Below are positions 25,092-33,614 of a DNA stretch of 39,683 nt, in pieces (within the stretch, counting starts at the first letter, position 1; each line of letters opens with the position of its first letter). The notes under the pieces were generated by a model. The model was not told the DNA's origin and did not search any database. It worked only from the letters and a program-made list of their open reading frames with translations. The DNA comes from a virus (taxonomy: Duplodnaviria; Caudoviricetes), in IMG/VR virus record IMGVR_UViG_3300034025_000014, positions 1 to 39,683 of that record, one strand, 5' to 3'. Both the position numbers and the translations under genes were made by a program.

Positions 25092-26128
25092 CACCTCAAC
25101 AAGCAAATGAACTGCCAGAGCTGCCGGAACCTTTCGGCAGCATCGATATCTACGAAGACGAATATACCCAGCGCTCAATTGATGGCTTCACTGCCGACCA
25201 GATGCGCGGCTACGCCCTAGATTACTGGAACCGTCGCGCACCAGCGCCTACCAGCGAACCAGGGGCGCGGGATGCGGTGCCTACGTGGCAGGAAAGAATG
25301 CCAGCCGGTTATACCGATGGCGGCCACGATCTGCCCGAAGAAGTTGCGATGAAGGCCGAAATTGCCGACCTGCGCGCCGCTCTCGCCACGCCAGCATCGC
25401 CAGCAGTGCTGCCAGAGGACGAGCTTGACGCGCTGATGTATCCGCCGAAAGCAATGCTCAAGCGCGAGGACTGGAACCCGGTGACTCGAAAGCCATATCC
25501 CGCCGATCCCGCGCCACTGGTAGCGCAAGCCTCGCCGTGGATCAGCGTCGATGATCGGTTGCCGCCACGGTATGAGGATGTGATCGTCTGGCCCAGCCCG
25601 ACCGAATATGTGATGACTGCGAGCTACGGTCTTGATCGCACTGGCAACCTTGGGTGGACATATTCCGAGTACGTGACGGCTTTCGGCGTCGAGCATCACA
25701 TTATGAGCAAGCCGCCGACTCACTGGATGCCATTTACCGCGCCCGAAGCCTCGCCACTGGTCGAAGATGCGCAGCGGATCGTGGCGGGGAAGGTGGAGGA
25801 GACGAAGCATATTCCGCCCTTCGCGGAACCCGCCAGCCAACGCTTTTTTATGGATCATGGGGTATGGCACGACCGTAAAACCGGTCAGCACATGTGGACG
25901 CAAGATCAGTACGACGAAATGCAACGCCAAGCTTATTCGGATGGTGTCTTCGAGCAAATGAACAACGTCGCCGCGAAATGGGCTGTTGTAAAGGCGACCG
26001 AATTGAATGACAAGTGCAAAGCAGTCGCGGCTGGCCGGTTCCGCGCGCAGGGCGGAAATACGAACGACAGCACCCGGAACCGCGCAACCACTGGCAATGC
26101 CGCCGCAGATGATGGAAAGGATAAGTGA
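25088..26128 (+). CDS. Mosaic accessory protein with DUF551-like domain
   Basis: From MTPQQ; WISVDDRLP...PTHWMP. Confidence 0.75.
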   Translation: MTPQQANELPELPEPFGSIDIYEDEYTQRSIDGFTADQMRGYALDYWNRRAPAPTSEPGARDAVPTWQERMPAGYTDGGHDLPEEVAMKAEIADLRAALATPASPAVLPEDELDALMYPPKAMLKREDWNPVTRKPYPADPAPLVAQASPWISVDDRLPPRYEDVIVWPSPTEYVMTASYGLDRTGNLGWTYSEYVTAFGVEHHIMSKPPTHWMPFTAPEASPLVEDAQRIVAGKVEETKHIPPFAEPASQRFFMDHGVWHDRKTGQHMWTQDQYDEMQRQAYSDGVFEQMNNVAAKWAVVKATELNDKCKAVAAGRFRAQGGNTNDSTRNRATTGNAAADDGKDK

Positions 26129-26358
26129 TGAAAGCGACTGTCTACAAAATGACGATCATGGTGATCGACTTTGAAAATATGGGCGAGGATGGAATCAAGC
26201 AGGTCATCGAGGGCTGCAAGTACGCCTGCCCGGATGTGCTGCAATCTGAATCGCGGGATGTCGAATGGATCGATGAGCACCCGCTGAACAATTCCACGAA
26301 ATCGCGGGAAGCGTTTTACGCTCTTTTCGCCGCCCCACAACCACAGGAGCAATCATGA
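26125..26358 (+). CDS. Hypothetical protein
   Basis: EWIDEHPLN; coupled to neighbours. Confidence 0.65.
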   Translation: MMKATVYKMTIMVIDFENMGEDGIKQVIEGCKYACPDVLQSESRDVEWIDEHPLNNSTKSREAFYALFAAPQPQEQS

Positions 26359-26588
26359 GCGTAGCGGACGATTTTATCGAAGTAATGGCCCGCTTGCAGG
26401 CGGTCGAGCCGGATGGCAACAGCCCTATGCGCTACGCAGTCTGGCGGTGCAAAGAAGCGGGATATAAGGTGATCGCGGATGCATTGCAGCAGGCGCGCGA
26501 TATTGCCGATGCGGCCAAGATGATTCAACGCGACTATGCCGACGAAGTGAAGGCGCAGGCCGCAAAACCGAAACAGGAGCCAACATGA
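26355..26588 (+). CDS. Hypothetical protein
   Basis: AGGAG RBS; ATGA overlaps. Confidence 0.65.
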   Translation: MSVADDFIEVMARLQAVEPDGNSPMRYAVWRCKEAGYKVIADALQQARDIADAAKMIQRDYADEVKAQAAKPKQEPT

Positions 26589-26974
26589 CCCCACCAACAC
26601 AACAGGACAAGCCGATTGACCTGGAGGCGCTGAGGCTGGCGGCAGAGGCGGCAGGGCTGACAGTTGTTGGCCTGGCCGATGACATGGTCGTTTTCCCCGG
26701 CACTAAGGCTGGCGGATTGGTTATTCGCAATGAGCACGGCGGCGATTCACTTTGGAACCCTAGGACCGATGACGGTGATGCGCTGCGACTGGCGGTAAAG
26801 CTGCACCTGAACGTGTGCTCAATCAAGCGCTACGAAGGCGCCGAGGATACAACAAATGTTTATTCTTTCCACCATCCAGAGCATAGCCAGATAGGCCATG
26901 GCTCCGACATGATGGCAGCGACACGACACGCTATTACTCAGGTTGCCGCTGAAATCGGAAAGTCGATGCCATGA
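26585..26974 (+). CDS. Conserved phage protein
   Basis: WNPRTDDGDALRLAVKL...AATRHAI..AAEIG. Confidence 0.75.
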   Translation: MTPPTQQDKPIDLEALRLAAEAAGLTVVGLADDMVVFPGTKAGGLVIRNEHGGDSLWNPRTDDGDALRLAVKLHLNVCSIKRYEGAEDTTNVYSFHHPEHSQIGHGSDMMAATRHAITQVAAEIGKSMP

Positions 26975-27126
26975 GCCGCAACGACATCACAGGCGACAAG
27001 ATCGCCACGAAGCCAGCGCCACCAGACTGGCAATATTCGGCTGATGGCTATACTCGCACCGATGGGAAGGTCGTAGAGCAACTGGTCTCTACCGGCTGGA
27101 GCGAGTACTGGGAGCGCGTGAACTAG
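26971..27126 (+). CDS. Small protein (51 aa, not in ORF track)
   Basis: MSRNDITGDKIATK...; ATGA overlap; stop overlaps the convergent HNH stop (CTAG). Confidence 0.55.
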   Translation: MSRNDITGDKIATKPAPPDWQYSADGYTRTDGKVVEQLVSTGWSEYWERVN

Positions 27127-27650
27127 ATGTGTTTCCAGCTTTCACGGTGAAGAACTTGGTAAATGGTGCGACGAGTAACGCCGTACTTTCTTGCCAACGC
27201 AGAAGTTGATCCGCCAAGTAACCTTATCTCTAGCACGTCAACCTCTTTCAATTTTGCGCCGCGGTGAGTTTCGCCGTGATGATGCCGCGCTCTACTCACC
27301 ATATCTTCGTGGTTTTCTGCGTGCGTTCCTTTTTGCAGATGTGCTGGATTAAAGCAGGAGCGGTTATCACAGTCATGGCGCACTACCTCACCCGGCAGTA
27401 GAGGGCTTTTGAACAACTCGAAAGATAGACGATGCGCCGTTTCCAACCGCATTGGACGAGCCGACACCATAAATTGGCCATATCCTGTTTGCTTGTTGGT
27501 ACTCAAAGGCCATTCCCAACAAGCTTCGTCTATCATTTCGGTTGGTGCAAGAGATTTAAATCGGCATTGCCAGCAGCAAAAACGGACGACACTGGAAGTG
27601 GGAGAAAAAGCAGTGCCACACTTCTGGCAATTTTTGTCTGAATAAACCAT
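27123..27650 (-). CDS. HNH homing endonuclease with C-terminal HTH
   Basis: CWEW, AHR, RHDCDNRSCFNPAHL..GT..EN, LARKYGV; GGAGG RBS and extended -10 TGCTATGAT. Confidence 0.87.
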   Translation of the reverse strand: MVYSDKNCQKCGTAFSPTSSVVRFCCWQCRFKSLAPTEMIDEACWEWPLSTNKQTGYGQFMVSARPMRLETAHRLSFELFKSPLLPGEVVRHDCDNRSCFNPAHLQKGTHAENHEDMVSRARHHHGETHRGAKLKEVDVLEIRLLGGSTSALARKYGVTRRTIYQVLHRESWKHI

Positions 27651-27699
27651 GATTCCTCCGAAGTAGTAACTAAGAAATCATAGCATACACATCAGATTA

Positions 27700-28122
27700 T
27701 TACGCTACTCCTTTGATCTTCTCCACGGTGCGCAACGTGCCAATTCCAAGCATGCCCAGCAGCACAGTCGACATCTCTGTGAAATCCAGCACCGGTAAGA
27801 TGATTGGATGCCCATTCGCTGTCAGCAGAAACGCTGCGGCCGGCGCCACCACAAACTTGTAAGCGAATGCCGCACCGCATACCCACCCAATGAAAGGGCG
27901 CCAGCCTGCCACAAATGTGCTGTTGTTCGACGCTTCCGCGGCATTCACCGAAGTCTGCGCTTTCGCCACTTCGACATCAGCGGCTAGTTGAGCCAGCTCG
28001 CCGGATTGCTGCAGTCGAATCAGTTCCAACTTGGCAGTGGCCGCCTGAGTCGGATCGGGGAATAGGCGATCAATCACTTTCCCGCCGATGTCGAGCATTG
28101 CTGTTACAGGATCGAGCGCCAT
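27700..28122 (-). CDS. Holin, GTA 3TM family
   Basis: KVIDRLFPDP, GWRPFIGWVCG, LLGMLG...RTVEK. Confidence 0.82.
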   Translation of the reverse strand: MALDPVTAMLDIGGKVIDRLFPDPTQAATAKLELIRLQQSGELAQLAADVEVAKAQTSVNAAEASNNSTFVAGWRPFIGWVCGAAFAYKFVVAPAAAFLLTANGHPIILPVLDFTEMSTVLLGMLGIGTLRTVEKIKGVA

Positions 28123-28592
28123 CAGAAATCCCTTTCGAGGTTTGTGGCGATGCGCAAGGCCCAGCCCCGGCTGTTCGCCGCCCAGTTTTTCAAGCTGGTC
28201 AGATAGCGGATGCGCGAGGCGTTAAACGACGCCACCACGCGGCCTGTATCAGCGGCCTTCACGGCTGCGAGCGTGACCGGGCCGATAATGCCGTCAGCAG
28301 CCACGCCGACAGCCTCCTGGAGCCATTGGATAGGCTTGCCGCCGTTGTAGGCGGTGTCGAAGACTTGGTACGCGATAGGGTAGGGCATCAGGTCGCATTT
28401 GAACCGGTCCCAGTATTCCGCTTTGGCGATGGCGCTTGCTGTCGACAGCGGCAGCAGCCGCATATCGCCGTAGTAGCGGTTCGCGCGCGCCACGCGCTCG
28501 GTCACGCCGTACATGGTTGGCCCGCCTACAGGGTCATTCCAGAAGCCTTTTTCCACATTCATCAGGTCTTTAAATGCGTCATCGAAAGTCAT
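28122..28592 (-). CDS. Endolysin, glycoside hydrolase family 108
   Basis: EKGF.NDP.GG.T.YGVT, YWD, FD.AYN.G, LQ...GV.ADGIIGP.TL. Confidence 0.88.
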   Translation of the reverse strand: MTFDDAFKDLMNVEKGFWNDPVGGPTMYGVTERVARANRYYGDMRLLPLSTASAIAKAEYWDRFKCDLMPYPIAYQVFDTAYNGGKPIQWLQEAVGVAADGIIGPVTLAAVKAADTGRVVASFNASRIRYLTSLKNWAANSRGWALRIATNLERDF

Positions 28593-28885
28593 AGCTTTTT
28601 CTCGATAATCGGTTCGGCGCCCATTGAGGCAAGTTGAGCGGTCAGAATTTTGTTCTGTACCACTTCGTTTTTGTACTTAATCCAGTGGACGCGAGCGAGC
28701 AAGACCGTGGCAATCATGCCGGTCACGATGCCGCAAGCAGACAGCGTGCCTTGAAACATTTCAAGGGCGTTCGCTATGCTTAGCGATGTCGTGCCAGCAA
28801 TCGCACCACCAAGCAGGCGCGGACTAGTCACGACGGTCTCCACGAGGGCTTGCGCGCCTGTCTGTAATTCTTCTCCGTAATTCAT
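28589..28885 (-). CDS. Holin/antiholin-like membrane protein
   Basis: 1-2 hydrophobic segments; directly upstream of the endolysin. Confidence 0.55.
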   Translation of the reverse strand: MNYGEELQTGAQALVETVVTSPRLLGGAIAGTTSLSIANALEMFQGTLSACGIVTGMIATVLLARVHWIKYKNEVVQNKILTAQLASMGAEPIIEKKL

Positions 28886-29319
28886 GGTTTCGCCTTTTCA
28901 TGATGTACGACGCTGCCCCGATCAAGGAGCCGACGAACCAAATCGCGCCAACCACCAGCATCGCTATCGCCATCGTGAACCCAAATAATTCTAGTGAACA
29001 TTCCATATGTCAGCACCATTACCAAAAAGTTGATAAATGCCGGCGTGACTTGGGCCAGATACGTGATCCACCCTATGAAGTTCAGGATTATTGCGCAGAA
29101 GGCGAGGCGCTGTAGATCGTAAGAAAGCTGCCCGTTTAGGGCATGAGAGCAGTAGACAACTAAAGCTAGGTTAAAGAGCGCAGCACTACAGAGGTACACA
29201 GTAACGCCAATTTGGGTATTTTCTGGATGCCCAAAAATGACCATGTGCGCCTTGTCGAGTATGAGGATTGAGAGGGCAGCAGTTATGCGACCCGCCCAAT
29301 CTATGCCGCGACGATGCAT
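28882..29319 (-). CDS. Four-TM membrane protein
   Basis: Four hydrophobic stretches; coupled at both ends. Confidence 0.7.
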   Translation of the reverse strand: MHRRGIDWAGRITAALSILILDKAHMVIFGHPENTQIGVTVYLCSAALFNLALVVYCSHALNGQLSYDLQRLAFCAIILNFIGWITYLAQVTPAFINFLVMVLTYGMFTRIIWVHDGDSDAGGWRDLVRRLLDRGSVVHHEKAKP

Positions 29320-29405
29320 TATTTTTTCGTCGGTTTCTTGCCGGCCGGTTTCTTCGGGGGTTCTGGAATGTCGCCGCCTGGCGCTACGTGGTTGATTTCA
29401 ATCAT
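29319..29405 (-). CDS. 28-aa Pro/Lys-rich peptide (not in ORF track)
   Basis: MIEINHVAPGGDIPEPPKKPAGKKPTKK; GGAG RBS; TAATG coupling to the 4TM gene. Confidence 0.65.
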   Translation of the reverse strand: MIEINHVAPGGDIPEPPKKPAGKKPTKK

Positions 29406-29440
29406 GATTTACTCCATCAGTTAAGGGTTTTTGCAGGGCA

Positions 29441-29469
29441 ATTTTACCACTCTACGCCATGCTTGGCAC
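29441..29469 (-). promoter_or_regulatory. Putative promoter of the lysis cassette
   Basis: GTGCCA-17-TAAAAT with extended TG. Confidence 0.45.
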
Positions 29470-31218
29470 GATATAGCTTGGCACAACATCGGCGGCGCAG
29501 TCAGATTCAAACGCGCAACTGAGAATTGATCCAGCCGGCGTACTAACCCCAGTGAATGTCGCTTGTAAGATCAATTCAAACGGCGTGGCGCCAGGTTTCG
29601 TAGCGACGACGATAGTTGCAGCTCCAAGCGATTCGGCAGAAGAAATCACCGTCGCTGTTGCTGCCATCGTACCGCCTGCCACCGATGCCACGCTCACGTG
29701 ATAGCGCCGCGATACTCGGATATTGCCAGTTCCACCAGTATTAATCGACTGGAAGTTGAACGTTAGCACACCAGTAAGCATTGCCATCGTGGTTAACGCG
29801 TTATCTTGTGGGTTTGCCTTGAACTTCACCAAGTCTTTGACCCCACTAACCGGGTAAAGGCTTGAACCGCTCGCAACTTTGTGGACTGAGAGCGCATCAA
29901 TCGTATTTATTCTGGTTGCAACCGTACCAAGCAAACCATCTGTCGGACCACTGATAAACATCTCAGGAGCACCGTCCATTGGCAAATAGTAGTCGTTACC
30001 GTCCATGCGAACGTATTTCCCATCGCACAGAATCTTGTACTGTACGTTACCGACAGCGTAAGTGAAGTGGCACTTCTCAAACGACACTCCATTTTGCGAC
30101 GACTGATCATTCAGCAAATAAGTGTGCCCGTTTTCGAAATAGCAGCCGTAAAAATTCAGCGCCTCGCTAACAGTCACATCAATGACGGTACGCCCAGCAA
30201 TGCCGCCGCCTTCGAAATTGCAGCCGAAGAAGTTATTAACAGAACTGTTGCGGAAATACACGCTTGCATAGGCATGGTTTCCAAATTTGCAGTTGATGAA
30301 GGTATTCGCATTGGCAGTAAATGCCGCGCAGCAAACGCCCAAATTGCCACCACTGAACGTGCATGAATCAAACAGCGATGTTTGCAGCAGCTTATTCACA
30401 TACACGCAGTTATAGCCGGCAATAGCGTAAAAGTCGCAACGGATGAACTTCATAAACGCCGTCTCAGCGCTTACGGTGATGCCGATACAGTGGGCGCCAT
30501 TGTAAAAGCCCATATCCGAAATTGTGGTGTAGGTAAGATCAATCCCAGTTTTTGAGTTGATAAGCGGCGTTGTCATGCCTGTAGCGCCCCAAATGGTACA
30601 GGCGCGCTGGGTTTCGCCAATCAACCGGGCTGAGTTCACCAGCAGCAAACTAGATGAAATCAGGTATGTGCCACCAGGGAAATAAACAGCCCGCGAGCGT
30701 GGAGCCGCATAGTCAAGTGCGGCCTGAATCGCTACCGTAACATCAACAGACCGAGTTAAGGCGCGAACGTCCGCGATCTGTGCTGGCGACATAAAGTCGA
30801 ATACACAAATTGAGTCCTCGCCACGATCTTGCAGAGTGCGAAGAACAGCGCCTACGCCCTTTTGCAGAAAGTTGACCGTTGTGGCCGACAGATTGCTAAG
30901 GATTGCGGCAATTTGTGCTGCAATGCTAAATGTATTTGAGTTCCGAGCGTAGAAAACTTGGCGCCCTTTTGAGTCTTGCACTACTTCGGAGTAGCCACCA
31001 TCAAAAAACACGTTAGCAGGCGTCCCAGCCCGCATGATGTAGCCATTGACCGTACGTAGTGGCTGCGCTGCGGGAATTGTGCCCTCTTTGTCCCAATACA
31101 CTGTTACAGGCGCCGTAATAGGATTCTGATCAGGCAGGCCAAAGTACACATAGCCGTTGTTCAGCGGCTTGCCATCAAGGCCAGTGTATGTTTTGAACGG
31201 GGCTTCGACTGGGAGCAT
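29452..31218 (-). CDS. Tailspike: P22-like head-binding domain plus right-handed beta-helix
   Basis: DGKPLNNGYVYFG..NP N-terminus; D.T.AIQAALD, VYFPGGTYLI; Cys/Asn/Phe ladder repeats. Confidence 0.88.
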   Translation of the reverse strand: MLPVEAPFKTYTGLDGKPLNNGYVYFGLPDQNPITAPVTVYWDKEGTIPAAQPLRTVNGYIMRAGTPANVFFDGGYSEVVQDSKGRQVFYARNSNTFSIAAQIAAILSNLSATTVNFLQKGVGAVLRTLQDRGEDSICVFDFMSPAQIADVRALTRSVDVTVAIQAALDYAAPRSRAVYFPGGTYLISSSLLLVNSARLIGETQRACTIWGATGMTTPLINSKTGIDLTYTTISDMGFYNGAHCIGITVSAETAFMKFIRCDFYAIAGYNCVYVNKLLQTSLFDSCTFSGGNLGVCCAAFTANANTFINCKFGNHAYASVYFRNSSVNNFFGCNFEGGGIAGRTVIDVTVSEALNFYGCYFENGHTYLLNDQSSQNGVSFEKCHFTYAVGNVQYKILCDGKYVRMDGNDYYLPMDGAPEMFISGPTDGLLGTVATRINTIDALSVHKVASGSSLYPVSGVKDLVKFKANPQDNALTTMAMLTGVLTFNFQSINTGGTGNIRVSRRYHVSVASVAGGTMAATATVISSAESLGAATIVVATKPGATPFELILQATFTGVSTPAGSILSCAFESDCAADVVPSYIVPSMA

Positions 31219-31226
31219 GTGATTCC

Positions 31227-33614
31227 TTAAAATGTTGGCGGCGGTGTCGCGCGCCGTTGCTGTGGTGCGTTGAGTGAATGCTCAATACGAGCGCGCAATT
31301 TCCGGTCTTTTACATGCTTCAACAGCAATCGAGTACCAGTCACAACCGGGACAGGAATGCCGAAAGCGGCGCCACTGATGCCCGATTCAGTAAGCAGGCC
31401 GGCAATCACGCTGGCTGTATTCGAATGATTCACCACGCCAGGAGGAGCAGTCATCACGACTTTTGTAAGGTCATTGATATCGCGCAGCTTTTCAGCGCCT
31501 TGCTTGCCGAAGATGAAATCGAGCTTCCCATCGGAATCAAGCTTACGAATGGCACGGTCCAATTGAGCCGGCGAGACAATACGATTACCGCGCTGGTCAG
31601 TGGCAACGTTTTTCAATGCTTCATCTTTCAGCCAAGTAAGCGTCTGTCCTTGCAGTTCTTTCCATGCCTGCTTGCCTTCTTCGCCGCCCTTGAACAAGAG
31701 GCCGCGAACATGGCTTACTTCCGCCTTATCGCTGTCCAAAATCGTGTGTTTGAAAATATCTTCGATAGCCACTTTGCGGTCATTCATTCCGCGCTTGTTG
31801 TTCAGCAGATCAGCAACGACAGCACGATTCTCATAACGGTTTGCATACACTTCACGCGCGCGGCGCGCATCACGATAGAGCGGACCGGCAATTGGTTCTG
31901 TGGCCGTGTCAATCGACCCTTTCAGAATCGCTGAATTGCGGACGTTGGTAGGCTCATAATCGGTCGCCTGATTGATAGCACGGCGGAATAGCTCCGCATC
32001 CTTGACGGTCGTTTGCAAAGGCACCAGAGCGCCATCCGCTCCTTCTGCGGCGATACCCAGCTTGATTGCTCTTGCTCGTGCAGCACTCAGCAGCGGCGAC
32101 ACAACAGCATCAGGCGCGCTGTCATTGAGAAATTGCACAGCATCGTCAAGAACGACCGGCGCTTGTGCCTCTGGCGACTTTTCCGCAGTCTTGTATTTAA
32201 CACGGACCTCTGCCTTTTGGCGTGCAGCTTCGTTGCGCAATGCGTTATCGACCACCTTACCGGCTTGCGTTACGTCGCCTGCCTCTGCGCCAGTTTGGTC
32301 AATGAAAGCGTCAAAATTCTTTTGGATTTTCTCGTTTTGATCGGAATAGCGGTCGCGTAATTTCCCGCCTTCTGCGCCTTTCGAGGTTTCAATCTCAAAG
32401 CGCAACTGCTCAGGCGAGCGCGTGGCCTGCCCTTCCGTCAAAGGAATAGGCACCGGTAGGTTATCAGCATTAGCGGCACGGATTGCAGCAGCATCAGTAC
32501 CAGCAGAGCCACCACTTGCGCGCGTTCCTGGCGTTGGCGTCGGAGTGGCCGGATCAGGATTGCGACGAATGACACGCTCCACACGATCTGCAATAGCCGG
32601 TGCAGCAGCACGAATACGAGCAATTGGCGCGGCTGTTAGGTCTCGTGCGCCCTGCACAGCAACAGTTGCGCCCCGACCGACTGCGCCAAGTTCCGCTGTC
32701 AGCGGGATCATTGGTACGGTTGCCTCAAGCGTTTTTCCAGCTTCCGCAGCGTATTCCTGCCCCATTGCGGTCTTAGGCAAATACGTGCCAGCAGTAGCCC
32801 CCTTGCCCATGTTGGCTTCAACACCGCCTGGCATGCCGTAGCGCTCGTTTGTGAGATTGCCGACAAGACCACCCAAGCCGCCCATTGCCATGCCAAGCGC
32901 GCCAGTGGTCGCGCCAGTAGCCAGCGTCAATGCGGCCTCACCGCTGCCAATCATTTTTTCGGCAAGCGTCGGATCAGGCGCGGGCGCTGGAATAGGTAGC
33001 GCTTCGGGCACGGTGCCATCGGGACGTGCGTCACGTGGTACGAGATCGCCCGCGCTCGTCTGCGGCTTGTTCTGCGTGTCAAGCCATTGGCCGAATCCAG
33101 CGGCAAGCGCATCCTCTTTTGGTGGTTCTGCTGCCGTGGTCACTGGCTTAGTTAGGCCGCTTGCCGGATTATCAGCCATGAATTTAGCGAATCCAGCCGA
33201 TAGAGCATCGATTTTCTTCGACTGCTGGCCGGTCATGACGCGATTGATATAGGCATTTGTGACTTTGCCCCAGTTATCCCGGTTTGTGCCACCGATGTAC
33301 TCGCCCACCGCTTGCGCTGCGTCACCCTTGTTACGTTTCAGACTCTCTTGAAGCAGACGCCCTGCTACCTCGGAGGCGTTCTCAGGGCTAAGCAATGGAT
33401 CAATGCCAAACTTCTTGATGGCAGCTTCACGCGTGGCGGGGATGATCTGGTACACACTCGCGGCGCCTGCGCTGCTTCTCTGGCTGTTATTCGACTTTTC
33501 TCCCTTAGTGCGAATGGACGACAGCAAGCCAACCGGCAGGCCAAGCTTTTGCTCGTTCTGCGCGTCAAGCTGGTCATACAGCGGATCGGCGTAGCTTTCG
33601 GGGAATGCCGCCAT
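31227..33614 (-). CDS. DNA ejection protein (gp16 position) with N-terminal lytic transglycosylase-like domain
   Basis: GLPVGLL...GEKS, SSAGAASVYQIIP, AVGEYIGG, T.AYI.RV; Gly/Ala hydrophobic segment. Confidence 0.75.
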   Translation of the reverse strand: MAAFPESYADPLYDQLDAQNEQKLGLPVGLLSSIRTKGEKSNNSQRSSAGAASVYQIIPATREAAIKKFGIDPLLSPENASEVAGRLLQESLKRNKGDAAQAVGEYIGGTNRDNWGKVTNAYINRVMTGQQSKKIDALSAGFAKFMADNPASGLTKPVTTAAEPPKEDALAAGFGQWLDTQNKPQTSAGDLVPRDARPDGTVPEALPIPAPAPDPTLAEKMIGSGEAALTLATGATTGALGMAMGGLGGLVGNLTNERYGMPGGVEANMGKGATAGTYLPKTAMGQEYAAEAGKTLEATVPMIPLTAELGAVGRGATVAVQGARDLTAAPIARIRAAAPAIADRVERVIRRNPDPATPTPTPGTRASGGSAGTDAAAIRAANADNLPVPIPLTEGQATRSPEQLRFEIETSKGAEGGKLRDRYSDQNEKIQKNFDAFIDQTGAEAGDVTQAGKVVDNALRNEAARQKAEVRVKYKTAEKSPEAQAPVVLDDAVQFLNDSAPDAVVSPLLSAARARAIKLGIAAEGADGALVPLQTTVKDAELFRRAINQATDYEPTNVRNSAILKGSIDTATEPIAGPLYRDARRAREVYANRYENRAVVADLLNNKRGMNDRKVAIEDIFKHTILDSDKAEVSHVRGLLFKGGEEGKQAWKELQGQTLTWLKDEALKNVATDQRGNRIVSPAQLDRAIRKLDSDGKLDFIFGKQGAEKLRDINDLTKVVMTAPPGVVNHSNTASVIAGLLTESGISGAAFGIPVPVVTGTRLLLKHVKDRKLRARIEHSLNAPQQRRATPPPTF

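Noticed and set aside
28824-29006. Nested hydrophobic ORF as a possible Rz1/o-spanin
   Set aside because: No lipobox after the hydrophobic stretch and no clear RBS
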